Notes: generated from the sequence alone by a model not told the origin. DNA of 64,000 bases from an uncultured Solirubrobacterales bacterium (GCA_963754055.1 CAVWFJ010000018.1:210665-274664); one strand, 5' to 3'; shown: positions 39,018 through 50,670, counted from the stretch's first letter. Translations and numbers: made by a program.

Positions 39018-42000
39018 GCAACCGGTGAAGTCCAATCTCGAGCTAGACCGCATCCCGCTGCTCGCCCTGATGCCGGATGACGTCCGCAACCTCGTCGAGG
39101 CGTCGTTTTCCCGTCTCGCGTTCAACTTCGGAGACGTGATCGTGGCCGAGGGCGACGACGCCGACGCCCTCTACGTGCTCGTCTCGGGCACCGCGCGCGC
39201 GATCAAGGCGGGAGATCACGGCGAGGAGGTTCCGCTGAACGTCCTGCGCGCCGGCGACGCGTTCGGCGAACGGGCCCTGCTCGAGGAGGGGAGCAAACGC
39301 ACCGCGACCGTGCGCGCGTCGAGCCCCGTCGAGGTGCTCACGCTGGACCGATCGCTGTTCGCCGCGCTGGTCCGCACCAACCCCGCGGTCGAGCAGTACG
39401 TGGAGCTGCACATCAGACGTCACGAGCTGCGTGACTTCCTACGCAGCTATTCGGCGTTCGACCAGTTGCCCGGTGAGGCGCTCGCGCAGATGCTCGACGG
39501 CCTCGAGCCGGTGCAGGCCAAGGCGGGCGAGATGGTGATCCGCCAGGGCGATCCGCCCGGTCCGCTGTACGTCGTCCGCAGCGGTCATCTCCGGGCTTTC
39601 ATCGGTCAGGAGGACCGGGCCTTCTTGCGGCGGGGCGATTTCTTCGGCGAGGTGTCGCTGTTTCGTTCCACCCCCAGGACCGCGTCGGTGCAGGCGGTGT
39701 CAGATTGCGATCTGCTCGCTCTCGGCCCGGAGCTGTTCGAACGCCTGTTGGCCGAGCATCCGGAATTTCGGAAACAGATCGAGCAGCGTATTTCTCAGTA
39801 CGACTACAAGCGGTCCGTGCGCGTGCCCCTGGACTTCGCCGACGAGCTGCTCCCGGCCGACCTGCTGAAGGGACAGGAGCTATCCGATCTCGACGATGTC
39901 GACGTCGTCGCGCAGGCTTCGGCCGCGAGCCTCGGTAAGGGCGCCGACGGGTTGGCAGACGAGCCGGCGGAGCCGGATGGGTACACGCCGACGCTCCACC
40001 CGCCCCGTCGCTTCCCCCACGTCTACCAGGTGGACGAAATGGACTGCGGCGCCGCGGCGCTGGCGATCGTGTGCCGTTACCTGGGTCGGAAGGTGTCGCT
40101 GACCAGAATCCGGCAGGCCGTCTTCACCGCCACCGACGGAACCAGCCTGCTTGGCCTAGCGCACGGCGGGGAGCAGCTCGGCCTCGTGGCACGAACGGTC
40201 AAAGCGTCCAAGAGTCGCCTCGGCGAGATGCCGCTGCCAGCCATCGTCCATTGGAACAACAACCACTGGCTGGTTCTCTACGAGGTGGGTGACGACCACG
40301 TTCGGGTGTCGGATCCAGCGCGCGGCCGGCGGCGCGTGAAGCGCTCCGAGTTCGAGGAGAAGTGGTCCGGCTACGCCGCCTTCTTCCGTCCCACCGAAGC
40401 CTTCGAGCAGGAACCCGATGAGAAGGCCGAGCTTGGGTGGCTGCTCGACTTCTTCCGCCCTCACCGGCGGACGTTCGCCATCGTGCTCGGGCTCGGGCTC
40501 GTCGCCGCGGGCGCCGAGATGCTGATTCCTGTGCTCAGCAAGTTCGTCGTCGACGACGTGATCGCCAAGAACGACGTCGGACTGCTCACGGTGGTCGTGC
40601 TGGGCATGTTTGGCGCACTGTTGGCCACCGTCATCGCCACCGTCGTCCAGCGCTACATGCTCAGCCGACTCGCGGTGCGGGTCGATTGCGACAGCCTCGA
40701 TTTCCTGTCGGGCAAGCTGCTCGCGCTCCCGATGAGCTACTTCAACGCGCGCCGCACGGGTGACATCGAGCGGCGGCTGGGGGGCATGCGGCAGGTCCGC
40801 CAGTTCATGGTCCAGAATGGCATCACGGGGCTCGCGTCGGCGCTTCAGTTCCTGGTCGCGCTCGCGATCATGTTCGCCTTCAGCTGGCGTCTCGGGCTCG
40901 TCTATCTGGCGACGGTCCCGCTGTACGTCGTGCTGATGCGTTACTCCTCGACCCGGCTGCGTCCGACCTACGACAGCCTCGAGGAGTCGTGGGGCAAGTA
41001 TCAGTCGCGACAGATCGATTCGATCCGGGGGATCGAGACGGTCAAGGCGATGGGAGCGGAGTCGGCCCTCAGCCGGCTTCTGCTGGGACAGTTCAACGAC
41101 TTGTCCGCCCGCTTGTTCCGCGCTGACTTCACGGCGAGTATCTACCAGGCCGGAATCCAGCTGGTGTCGTTCCTGTCGCTCGCCCTGTTTCTCTGGATCG
41201 GCGCGTTGGAGGTCCTCAACCACAATCTCACCGTCGGGGGCCTGGTGTCGTTCAACGCACTCGTCGTCCTCGCCAACGCCCCAATCGTGGCACTGCTCTT
41301 TCTGTGGGATCAGCTCCAGTACTCAAACATCCTGCTCAACCGCCTGGCTGACATCGTCGAGCACGAGCCCGAGCAGGGAACGGACCGATCGCGGCTACGC
41401 GCGGTCAAGACCCTGTCGGGTCAGATCACCTTCAAGAACATGGGTTTCCAGTACCCGGGCGTGATGCCCTCGCCGGTGCTCCAGGACATCGATTTCAACA
41501 TCGAGCCCGGAACGACCGCGGCGATCGTCGGTCGGAGCGGCTCGGGCAAGACGACCCTGATCAAGTGCCTCGCCGGGCTGCTCGAGCCCACCCAAGGGAC
41601 GATCCTCTACGACGGCGTTGATATGAAGGAGCTCGACTATCGCCAGCTGCGGCGCAACATCGGCTTCGTCCTGCAGGAGAACCATATGTTCTCGGCCACG
41701 ATTGCCGAGAACATCGCTTTCGGCGAGGAGCGCTACGAGCTCGAGCAGGTGATGTGGGCGGCCCGCATCGCCCACGCCGCCGAGTTCATCGAGCGCCTCC
41801 CGCTCGGGTACGAGACGCGGATCGGCGAGACCGGCGTGATGCTGTCCGGAGGCCAGAAACAACGGGTGGCGATCGCCCGCGCGATCTACCACCGGCCGCC
41901 GGTGCTGATCTTCGACGAGGCGACGAGCTCGCTGGACACCGAGTCCGAGCGCGCGGTCAAGGAGAGCATCGACCAGCTCCTCGCCGGACGCACCTCGTTC

Positions 42001-42150
42001 GTGATCGCCCACCGGTTGAGCACCGTGCGCGACGCCGACGTGATCATGGTGCTGGAACAGGGGCGGTTGGTCGAGCGGGGTTCACACGACGAGCTGATGT
42101 CACGTCAAGGGCTGTACTACTACCTGTGTAGTCAGCAGCTCGCGATCTGA
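39004..42150 (+). CDS. Peptidase-containing ABC exporter with two N-terminal cNMP-binding domains (cNMP-cNMP-C39-TMD-NBD)
   Basis: FGERALL..RTAT and FGEVSLF..RTAS cNMP cassettes; C39 QVDEMDCG...HW...DP; GRSGSGKT, LSGGQ, IFDEATS, IAHR. Confidence 0.92.
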   Translation: MSVSEQPVKSNLELDRIPLLALMPDDVRNLVEASFSRLAFNFGDVIVAEGDDADALYVLVSGTARAIKAGDHGEEVPLNVLRAGDAFGERALLEEGSKRTATVRASSPVEVLTLDRSLFAALVRTNPAVEQYVELHIRRHELRDFLRSYSAFDQLPGEALAQMLDGLEPVQAKAGEMVIRQGDPPGPLYVVRSGHLRAFIGQEDRAFLRRGDFFGEVSLFRSTPRTASVQAVSDCDLLALGPELFERLLAEHPEFRKQIEQRISQYDYKRSVRVPLDFADELLPADLLKGQELSDLDDVDVVAQASAASLGKGADGLADEPAEPDGYTPTLHPPRRFPHVYQVDEMDCGAAALAIVCRYLGRKVSLTRIRQAVFTATDGTSLLGLAHGGEQLGLVARTVKASKSRLGEMPLPAIVHWNNNHWLVLYEVGDDHVRVSDPARGRRRVKRSEFEEKWSGYAAFFRPTEAFEQEPDEKAELGWLLDFFRPHRRTFAIVLGLGLVAAGAEMLIPVLSKFVVDDVIAKNDVGLLTVVVLGMFGALLATVIATVVQRYMLSRLAVRVDCDSLDFLSGKLLALPMSYFNARRTGDIERRLGGMRQVRQFMVQNGITGLASALQFLVALAIMFAFSWRLGLVYLATVPLYVVLMRYSSTRLRPTYDSLEESWGKYQSRQIDSIRGIETVKAMGAESALSRLLLGQFNDLSARLFRADFTASIYQAGIQLVSFLSLALFLWIGALEVLNHNLTVGGLVSFNALVVLANAPIVALLFLWDQLQYSNILLNRLADIVEHEPEQGTDRSRLRAVKTLSGQITFKNMGFQYPGVMPSPVLQDIDFNIEPGTTAAIVGRSGSGKTTLIKCLAGLLEPTQGTILYDGVDMKELDYRQLRRNIGFVLQENHMFSATIAENIAFGEERYELEQVMWAARIAHAAEFIERLPLGYETRIGETGVMLSGGQKQRVAIARAIYHRPPVLIFDEATSSLDTESERAVKESIDQLLAGRTSFVIAHRLSTVRDADVIMVLEQGRLVERGSHDELMSRQGLYYYLCSQQLAI

Positions 42151-42180
42151 GGGTCCCCTACGGAGCCTGAGTCACTGTCC

Positions 42181-43533
42181 GTGGCACACGTTGATTTCCG
42201 GCTGCCGCGATGGCTTCGGGAACACGCGCCGGAGCTGGCTGCGGTGGCCGCGTTCGCCGCGCTGTCGGTGATCGCCTTGAGCTACGCGCCGCGGTTGGCG
42301 GAGCCCGACGACTATGCGTATCGCGGCTCGATCGTCGCCCTCGACCAAGGTCACGTAGAGCTGAGTACCGCCCAATATGACGCGCTGGCCGAGCAGCTGG
42401 GGGGTCCCGACGCGACCGGAATCGGCCAGTGGGTCCAGCTTTCGAATGGCAAGTGGATCAGCGAGAAGAACCCGGGATACCCCTTCCTTGCGGTGCCCTT
42501 CGAGGCCCTCGGCATCCTTCGTCTGGCGTCCCTCTTCTACGGTTTACTCGGATGCCTGGGGCTATTCTTCGGGGGCCGGCGATGGCTCGGTCGCTGGGGC
42601 GGGGCGTTCGCAGTGGGGCTGTTCTGCTCATCGGGCGCGGCGCTGTTCTTCGCCTGGCGGGAATGGATGCCGACCTTTGCCGAAGCATCGTTGATCGCGG
42701 CCGGATCGGGGGCCCTGCTGTGGACGTTGCTGGGGACCGAGGTTCGCCCGGAGCGACATATCGTCGCCGGCCTACTCGGCTTCCTGGCCATCGAGGCCGC
42801 TGTCTCGACCCGTTACACGGACGTCTTCGTGCTCGGCTGCGCGGCGGTGGCGGTGATCGTCGCGTCGCGACTGCGCTCGGTTGCGCTCCCGGCAGCGGCG
42901 CTTCCGTGGTGGCTCGGATCCGTGGTCGCGTTCGGTGTCGCGGTGGCCGTGTGGAACGCCGTCATCTACGGCGGGCCGTTCTCGACGGGCTACACGTCGG
43001 GGCAGGTCAGCTTTGCCCTCAGCGCCATCGGCCCGAATGTCCGCCACCTGTCCGGTCATCTCACCACGGCGATGCCGCTGCTCGTTCTGGGCCTGGCCGC
43101 GCTCGTGTTGATTCTGGGACGCGCGTATGTGTTTCGCCACGCCGGGCGTCCCGTCGGCGCAGAGGCCCGCCGCGATGTCGCCGTCGCAGTCGCGCTGGCC
43201 GCCAGTTGGCTCGTCATCTGGGCGCTGTACGCCGCCTACACGTGGACCGCGGACATGCCGCAGGCCACCACCCTCCAGGTGGTGCGGTTTTACGTTCCCG
43301 CGTTGGCGGCCATGTCTCTGCTCGGGGCCTGGCTGCTCGTGCGCATCCCGCGCTGGCTCGCGTTCGCGACCGTCGTCGCGTTCTTTGGGCTCGGCGTGTG
43401 GTCGTTCGCCGCCATGCGCACCGCCCCGCCTCTGCACGTGCTCCCGGGCGGGGTCATCCCGACGGGAGTTCCTCCGGGCGGGGCTCCCGCACCGGGCGGG
43501 GCTCCAGCTCCGGGTGGTGCCCAAGCCGGCTGA
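42181..43533 (+). CDS. Polytopic membrane protein, possibly GT-C-fold glycosyltransferase-like, with C-terminal PGGAPA repeats
   Basis: First loop EPDDYAY, KNPGYP motif, about 11 hydrophobic segments; tail PGGAPAPGGAPAPGGAQAG. Confidence 0.55.
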   Translation: MAHVDFRLPRWLREHAPELAAVAAFAALSVIALSYAPRLAEPDDYAYRGSIVALDQGHVELSTAQYDALAEQLGGPDATGIGQWVQLSNGKWISEKNPGYPFLAVPFEALGILRLASLFYGLLGCLGLFFGGRRWLGRWGGAFAVGLFCSSGAALFFAWREWMPTFAEASLIAAGSGALLWTLLGTEVRPERHIVAGLLGFLAIEAAVSTRYTDVFVLGCAAVAVIVASRLRSVALPAAALPWWLGSVVAFGVAVAVWNAVIYGGPFSTGYTSGQVSFALSAIGPNVRHLSGHLTTAMPLLVLGLAALVLILGRAYVFRHAGRPVGAEARRDVAVAVALAASWLVIWALYAAYTWTADMPQATTLQVVRFYVPALAAMSLLGAWLLVRIPRWLAFATVVAFFGLGVWSFAAMRTAPPLHVLPGGVIPTGVPPGGAPAPGGAPAPGGAQAG

Positions 43534-43589
43534 TCGCCGCACGGTGGCCGGGCGGTGCCGATCCGCTTTGCGTGGCAAGCTTGGAAGGC

Positions 43590-44099
43590 GTGGCCAACCC
43601 ACTCGCTTTTGACCCCGTCGAGGAGGCCGGCCGCCAGTGGCGCGAACACTGGGGCACAGAAGCCGTCGCCCCGATGATGGCGGTGACCTCAGTCATGCGC
43701 GTGCAGCAGATCTGGCTGGCGCGGCTCAACGACAGGCTCGACCCGTTCGGTCTCACGTTCGCCCGCTACGAGGCGTTGATGCTGCTCTTCTACAGCCGGG
43801 CCGGGTCACTCCCGCTCGGCAAGATCGGTGCCAGGCTCCAGGTCCACCCGACGAGCGTGACGAGCTTGATCGACGGACTCGAGAAGCTCGGCTACGTGAG
43901 GCGCGTGCCCCACCCGACCGATCGGCGAGCGACCCTGGCCACGATCACCGAGTCGGGTCGTGGCGTGGTCGCCTCGGCGACGGAGTCGCTGCACGCGATC
44001 CGTTTTGGCACCGAACCATTGGATAATGAGGAACTCGGCGAGTTGACGGGCGTTTTGCAGAGCGTGCGAAAGGCGGCCGGGGACTTTTCGGTGATCTAG
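43590..44099 (+). CDS. MarR family transcriptional regulator
   Basis: GLTFARYEAL...HPTSVTSLIDGLEKLGYVRRVPHPTDRRA; GTG start 43590. Confidence 0.88.
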   Translation: MANPLAFDPVEEAGRQWREHWGTEAVAPMMAVTSVMRVQQIWLARLNDRLDPFGLTFARYEALMLLFYSRAGSLPLGKIGARLQVHPTSVTSLIDGLEKLGYVRRVPHPTDRRATLATITESGRGVVASATESLHAIRFGTEPLDNEELGELTGVLQSVRKAAGDFSVI

Positions 44100-44153
44100 T
44101 TGGTGATTTAGTTGGACTTCCTACTATCAGGGCACCTAGAATAGGAGGTGGCC

Positions 44154-45806
44154 ATGGCGCTGACCGACAACATCCCCGTCTCGGAGCAGGAATGGCGCGC
44201 GGCCTACGGGCTCTCGCCGGAACGCGACGTGCCGTTCACGACGCTGTCAGACGAGGAGATCAAGCCGCTCTACACCGAGCGTGATCTTCCGGTCGACCCG
44301 GCCCGCTCGATCGGACTTCCTGGCCAGTTCCCCTTCACCCGCGGCGTGTATCCCTCGATGTATCGCGGACGGCTGTGGACGATGCGTCAGTTCGCCGGAT
44401 TCGGGACCGCGGCGGAGACCAACGAGCGCTTCCGCTACCTGCTCGACCACGGACAGACCGGCCTTTCGACGGCGTTCGACATGCCGTCGCTGATGGGCCA
44501 CGATTCCGACCACCCGCGTTCGCTGGGCGAGGTCGGTCGCGAGGGGGTGGCGATCGACACGCTCGAGGACATGGAGACGTTGTTCGCCGGGATCCCGCTC
44601 GATCAGGTCAGCGTGTCGATGACGATCAATGCCCCGGCGGCGATCATGCTCGCGTTCTACGTCGTCGCCGCCGAGCGCAAGGGCGTGACCAGCGAGCAGC
44701 TGGCGGGCACGATCCAGACCGACATCCTCAAGGAGTACATCGCGCAGAAGGAGTGGTGCTTTCCGGTCGATCCTGCGATGCGGCTGGTCACCGACATGGT
44801 CGAGTGGTGCGCTACGCATATGCCCCGTTGGCACCCGATCTCGATCAGCGGCTATCACATCCGGGAGGCCGGCTCGACGGCGGCCCAGGAACTGGCGTTC
44901 ACCCTCAAGGATGGGCTGACCTACGTCGAGCACGCGGTGGCGCGGGGCCTCGACGTCGACGACTTCGCGCCCCGTCTCAGCTTCTTCTTCAACGCCCAGA
45001 TCGACTTCTTCGAGGAGATCGCCAAGTACCGTGCGGCGCGACGGATCTGGGCGCGTGAACTGCGCGACACGTTCGGCGCCCGCAATCCCCGATCATGGTT
45101 GATGCGCTTTCACACCCAGACCGCCGGCGTGTCGTTGACCGCGCAGCAGCCGCTCAACAACATCGTGCGCACCGCGATCGAGGCGCTCGCCGGCGTGCTC
45201 GGCGGGACGCAGTCGCTGCACACGAACTCGTTCGATGAGGCGCTCGCGTTGCCCACCGAGGAGGCGGTCCGGATCGCCCTGCGCACGCAGCAGATCATCG
45301 CCCACGAGACCGGGGTCACGAACACGATCGACCCGCTCGGCGGCGCCTATTTCGTCGAGGCGCTGACCGATCGCCTCGAGGAGCTCGCCTACGAGTATTT
45401 CCGCAAGATCGACGAGCTGGGCGGAATGGTCGAGGCGGTCAAGCAGGGCTTTCCGCAGCGCGAGATCGCCGACGCCGCCTTCGACCTTCAGCGCGAGATC
45501 GACGCCGGTCAGCGGATCGTCGTCGGCGTCAACGCCTACACCGAGGGCGGTGATAATGGGACGCCGATTCTCCGCATCGACCCCGCGCTCGAGCAAAAGC
45601 AGGTCGAGCGCGTGCGGGCAGCCAAGGCCAACCGAGACGGCGCCGCGCTCGAGGCCGTGCTGGCCGCCCTCAAGGACGCCGCCGCGGGCCAGCGCAATCT
45701 GATGCCGCTCCTGCTCGATGCCGCTCGCGCCCGCGCCACCGAGGGCGAACTCGTCGAGACGCTCCAGCAGGTCTGGGGCGACTACCGCGAGCTGCCGGCC
45801 TTCTGA
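44154..45806 (+). CDS. B12-dependent acyl-CoA mutase large subunit (methylmalonyl-CoA mutase family; isobutyryl-CoA mutase-like)
   Basis: [49 protein letters not shown]; no B12-binding domain. Confidence 0.9.
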   Translation: MALTDNIPVSEQEWRAAYGLSPERDVPFTTLSDEEIKPLYTERDLPVDPARSIGLPGQFPFTRGVYPSMYRGRLWTMRQFAGFGTAAETNERFRYLLDHGQTGLSTAFDMPSLMGHDSDHPRSLGEVGREGVAIDTLEDMETLFAGIPLDQVSVSMTINAPAAIMLAFYVVAAERKGVTSEQLAGTIQTDILKEYIAQKEWCFPVDPAMRLVTDMVEWCATHMPRWHPISISGYHIREAGSTAAQELAFTLKDGLTYVEHAVARGLDVDDFAPRLSFFFNAQIDFFEEIAKYRAARRIWARELRDTFGARNPRSWLMRFHTQTAGVSLTAQQPLNNIVRTAIEALAGVLGGTQSLHTNSFDEALALPTEEAVRIALRTQQIIAHETGVTNTIDPLGGAYFVEALTDRLEELAYEYFRKIDELGGMVEAVKQGFPQREIADAAFDLQREIDAGQRIVVGVNAYTEGGDNGTPILRIDPALEQKQVERVRAAKANRDGAALEAVLAALKDAAAGQRNLMPLLLDAARARATEGELVETLQQVWGDYRELPAF

Positions 45807-46360
45807 TCGCCGGGCCGCGCGGTGTCGTCCGCGTCGCCTTCGTCGGGCGGCGTTTCCGATGCTGTACGCCGGGCCGGCATCCGGAACAGCGCGGTCAGCT
45901 TGGCCAGCAACATGATGTCGCCCTTGAGACCGATCTTGCCGGTGAAGTAGGAGCGCATCGGATCGGAGTTGCCGGTGGCCAGCCGGAGGAACTCGGCTCC
46001 GTCGACCGTCACCGTCAGCCTCGGCTCGGGGTCGGTCGAGCCGCGCGTGACTCGGCACCGCCCGTTGGAGATCACGAGCACGTACGAATCGGCGCCGCCG
46101 TCCGGCCGCCCGGTGATCAGCCACCGGATCGATGAGCTGACCTCGGCCGCCCGGCGCATCTCGATGTGCTGCGGCATCTGCCAGAAGATGCCGTCCAGCA
46201 CGACCCGCCGGATCGGGGTCCGCATCACCTGCTCGAGCCGTTCGTCCGAGGAACTCGCCACCAGTCGCGCCAACCCGCCCGCCAGCCGCTCCGACGCGCC
46301 GTCGAGTCCCCGTCTCGCCGCCTCGATCGCCCGCTGAGAATCAAATCTGCCCGCGCTCAT
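45782..46360 (-). CDS. SCP2 sterol-binding domain protein
   Basis: [35 protein letters not shown]. Confidence 0.75.
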   Translation of the reverse strand: MSAGRFDSQRAIEAARRGLDGASERLAGGLARLVASSSDERLEQVMRTPIRRVVLDGIFWQMPQHIEMRRAAEVSSSIRWLITGRPDGGADSYVLVISNGRCRVTRGSTDPEPRLTVTVDGAEFLRLATGNSDPMRSYFTGKIGLKGDIMLLAKLTALFRMPARRTASETPPDEGDADDTARPGDQKAGSSR

Positions 46361-46437
46361 GCGCTTCGACGATAGCGGGCGGCGGGGCCCAACCCCCCGC
46401 CCGGGCGCCGCCTGGGGTTCTTTTACACTGGCGCGGG

Positions 46438-47394
46438 GTGCCCGATCCGATTCAGTCGCGCGCCGCGCGCAGAGCCAGGCAGCGCCGGGCGCAGATCAGG
46501 CGCCGGCGCCTGACGGCCGCCGGGCTCGCGCTCGCGTTGGTGGTCGCGGTGGTGATCGCGGTCGGATCCCTGGCCCAGGGCAGCAGCCACCCGAGCCCGA
46601 CTAGCTCGACCGTCGCCGGCACCGACTCCACCACGGCGTCGGCCGGCTCGCACGACACCACCAGCGGCGCCGACCGGCCCAGCCTCGAGGCGATCGGCGA
46701 TGCCACCATCCAGCGCCTGGCCAAGCTCGGCCTGCCGATCTTCTGCGGCGGCCGCCACGGCAACGAGGTGGCGTTCACGTTCGACGACGGACCCGGCGTC
46801 TACACCCACTACGCGGTCAAGAAGCTCACCCAGGCTCACGAGCGCGCGACCTTCTTCGTCGTCTCCAAGAGCATCGACGCCTGGCCCGGCTGGCTGCAGA
46901 AGGAGCTCAAGGTCGGTGTGATCGGAGATCACACCGCCACCCATCCTGATCTCGTCGAACTCTCCCCCCAGGAGATCCTCTACCAGCTCCAGAGCACCAA
47001 GCAGCAGATCGAGTCCATCACCCACAAGCCGGTATATCTCTTCCGCCCCCCGTACGGCGCCTACAACTCCACCGTCCTCCAAACCGCCAAACAGCTCGAC
47101 CTGCTGCCAATCATGTGGACGGCCGACTCGGGCGACTCCCTCGGCGCCAACTGGGCCGGCATCATTCACAACGTCGAAGCCGCCCTGCGCCCCGGGTCGA
47201 TCATCCTCATGCACGAGAACCGCGGCCAGACGATCCGCGCCCTCACCACCCTCCTGCCCGTCCTCCACCAGCGCCACCTCCGCTCGGTCACCCTGCCCGA
47301 GCTGTTCGCCACCGACCCACCCACGGTGGCGCAGGTCAAGCGGGGCGACGACGGCTGCGGGCCGCCAATCCAGACCTCGCTGTCCAGCAGCTAG
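46438..47394 (+). CDS. Membrane-anchored polysaccharide deacetylase (NodB/CE4)
   Basis: TFDDGP, HTATH, FRPPYG, IILMHE; N-terminal TM and S/T-rich linker. Confidence 0.88.
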   Translation: MPDPIQSRAARRARQRRAQIRRRRLTAAGLALALVVAVVIAVGSLAQGSSHPSPTSSTVAGTDSTTASAGSHDTTSGADRPSLEAIGDATIQRLAKLGLPIFCGGRHGNEVAFTFDDGPGVYTHYAVKKLTQAHERATFFVVSKSIDAWPGWLQKELKVGVIGDHTATHPDLVELSPQEILYQLQSTKQQIESITHKPVYLFRPPYGAYNSTVLQTAKQLDLLPIMWTADSGDSLGANWAGIIHNVEAALRPGSIILMHENRGQTIRALTTLLPVLHQRHLRSVTLPELFATDPPTVAQVKRGDDGCGPPIQTSLSSS

Positions 47395-47482
47395 TTCGAG
47401 TCACGAATGTGCCTGACGTGGCACCAGGCCGGCGCGTCCAGCCCGGTCGAGGCGGCCGGCGCCAGTACCATGACCACCGGTC

Positions 47483-47555
<73 letters not shown>

Positions 47556-47766
47556 CTGACAAAAGTCCTGCAAAGACCGCACTTTGTCTCAGCGCGAAAA
47601 TACCTGTCGCGGGCTCGGGTAAAGCAGGGGGAAAGCAACTGGATTGATCGAGGTCGTCGGTCCCCGACAGGAGGAGCCGTCACCGGTCTTCGCCTGGTGG
47701 CTGTTCGGCGTCGATTCTGGACCGACTTGGCCACCGGAGCCGACCGAGCGCTACACGGCCGGAGCG

Positions 47767-47808
47767 CTGATAAGGAAGAGGTCCCAGGTTCGAGTCCTGG
47801 ATCGCCCA
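47767..47808 (+). other. 3' half of a tRNA-Ile (GAT) gene, probable att-site remnant
   Basis: CTGATAA anticodon loop, GAAGAGGTC, CCAGG-TTCGAGT-CCTGG T-arm, ATCGCCCA; no D-arm or 5' acceptor strand upstream. Confidence 0.7.
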
Positions 47809-47899
47809 CTTTCAGGATGCGACGGGCCCGCCGCAGACCTGACTCCGCGCCCGTATTTTGCGGAAGGTTCCCGGGCCGTTGCGCTATAGTCGAACGTGG

Positions 47900-47926
47900 T
47901 TGGCACTCTCAGGCCCAGAGTGCCAA
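47900..47926 (+). promoter_or_regulatory. CIRCE element (HrcA operator)
   Basis: TTGGCACTC-N9-GAGTGCCAA upstream of groES; TATAGT -10-like hexamer at 47885-47890. Confidence 0.92.
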
Positions 47927-47964
47927 AACCTCCTCAATCGAGCCCCCATCGGAGGCCGCATCTC

Positions 47965-48258
47965 ATGAAGCTTAAGCCCCTTGGCGATCGCGTGATTGTG
48001 CGCGCGATCGAGGAGGAAGAAACGACCGTGGGCGGGATCGTTCTGCCCGACACCGCGAAGGAAAAGCCCCAGAAGGGCAAGGTCATGGCCGTCGGCGACG
48101 GCAAGATCAGCGAGGACACCGGCAAGCGCATCGCGCCGGACGTCGCCGAGGGCGACGAAGTCCTTTACAGCAAATACGGCGGCACCGAGATCAAGGTCGA
48201 CGGTGAGGAATTGCTGGTCCTGCGCGAGTCCGATGTACTCGCCAAGGTCCAGTCCTAA
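47965..48258 (+). CDS. groES: Co-chaperonin GroES
   Basis: [10 protein letters not shown]...[14 protein letters not shown]...YSKYGGTE. Confidence 0.97.
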   Translation: MKLKPLGDRVIVRAIEEEETTVGGIVLPDTAKEKPQKGKVMAVGDGKISEDTGKRIAPDVAEGDEVLYSKYGGTEIKVDGEELLVLRESDVLAKVQS

Positions 48259-49905
<1,647 letters not shown>

Positions 49906-50219
49906 CCAGCTCGTGACAGGCAGCGCGGGGGGCGGCTTGGGCCTACAGCCGCTGGACCGCCGTGTCATCTACCTGGCGGTGTGGAGCCCGCGAGGTCGTT
50001 AGGCATTTATTGAAGCGCGGACGGCCACGGTCCACCTTGGAGCCACTCGAGCCGTCGGCTCTCCAGGTGCAAACTCCACACCACGGTCCGAGATCAAGCG
50101 TTACGCGGAGCTGGCGAGCGGGAAGCTCGACCGGGCCGATGTTGGCGCGTCGAGCCCCTTCGGTCAGCGCGTGCTGATCATCACTACGATCCCGCGGCGA
50201 CCCTTACCAGGAGGACGAC

Positions 50220-50648
50220 ATGGCGAAACTCGAGGTGTCGGATATCGCCCGCAGCATCAAGGGGCGCATTCGGGAGGTGGAAGAGCAGCTCAAGGACCAC
50301 AAGGCTTTGAGCGACGAGCTCGAGCGTCTAAAGGGCGCGCTGAGTCGGCTGGAAGGCGGAGTGCGCTCTCGCGTCGACGGCAGGCGCCGTCGCCAGCGGC
50401 CGGTCACGCAGCGCACGACGGCGCCAGCGCCAAAGGACACCTCGCCGGCGACGAGCACCAACGCCCGCGCGCCGCGCGGTGAGAACAAAAAGAAGATCCT
50501 CGCGGCGCTAAAGGACGGGCCCAAGACCGCTTCGGAGATCGCAAACGAAACCGGCATCAAGACGGGCACCGTCAGCGCGTCGCTGAGCAAGCTCGCGAAG
50601 GCCGGCGAGGTGGTCAAGGCCGACCGCGGCTACGCGCTCCCGACGTAA
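50220..50648 (+). CDS. Hypothetical DNA-binding protein (coiled coil plus C-terminal winged HTH)
   Basis: AGGAGG RBS; basic linker; KTASEIANETGIKTGTVSASLSKLAKAGEV. Confidence 0.65.
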   Translation: MAKLEVSDIARSIKGRIREVEEQLKDHKALSDELERLKGALSRLEGGVRSRVDGRRRRQRPVTQRTTAPAPKDTSPATSTNARAPRGENKKKILAALKDGPKTASEIANETGIKTGTVSASLSKLAKAGEVVKADRGYALPT

Positions 50649-50670
50649 GCCCGAACGATCGGAAGTGAGC

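Noticed and set aside
44119-44132. cctactatcaggg upstream of the mutase resembles the precursor 17-mer
   Set aside because: Only a short partial match, explainable as a -10-like TACTAT; no evidence of co-regulation
47740-47810. Second functional tRNA gene
   Set aside because: No D-arm and no 5' acceptor strand complementary to ATCGCCC; reported as a fragment only
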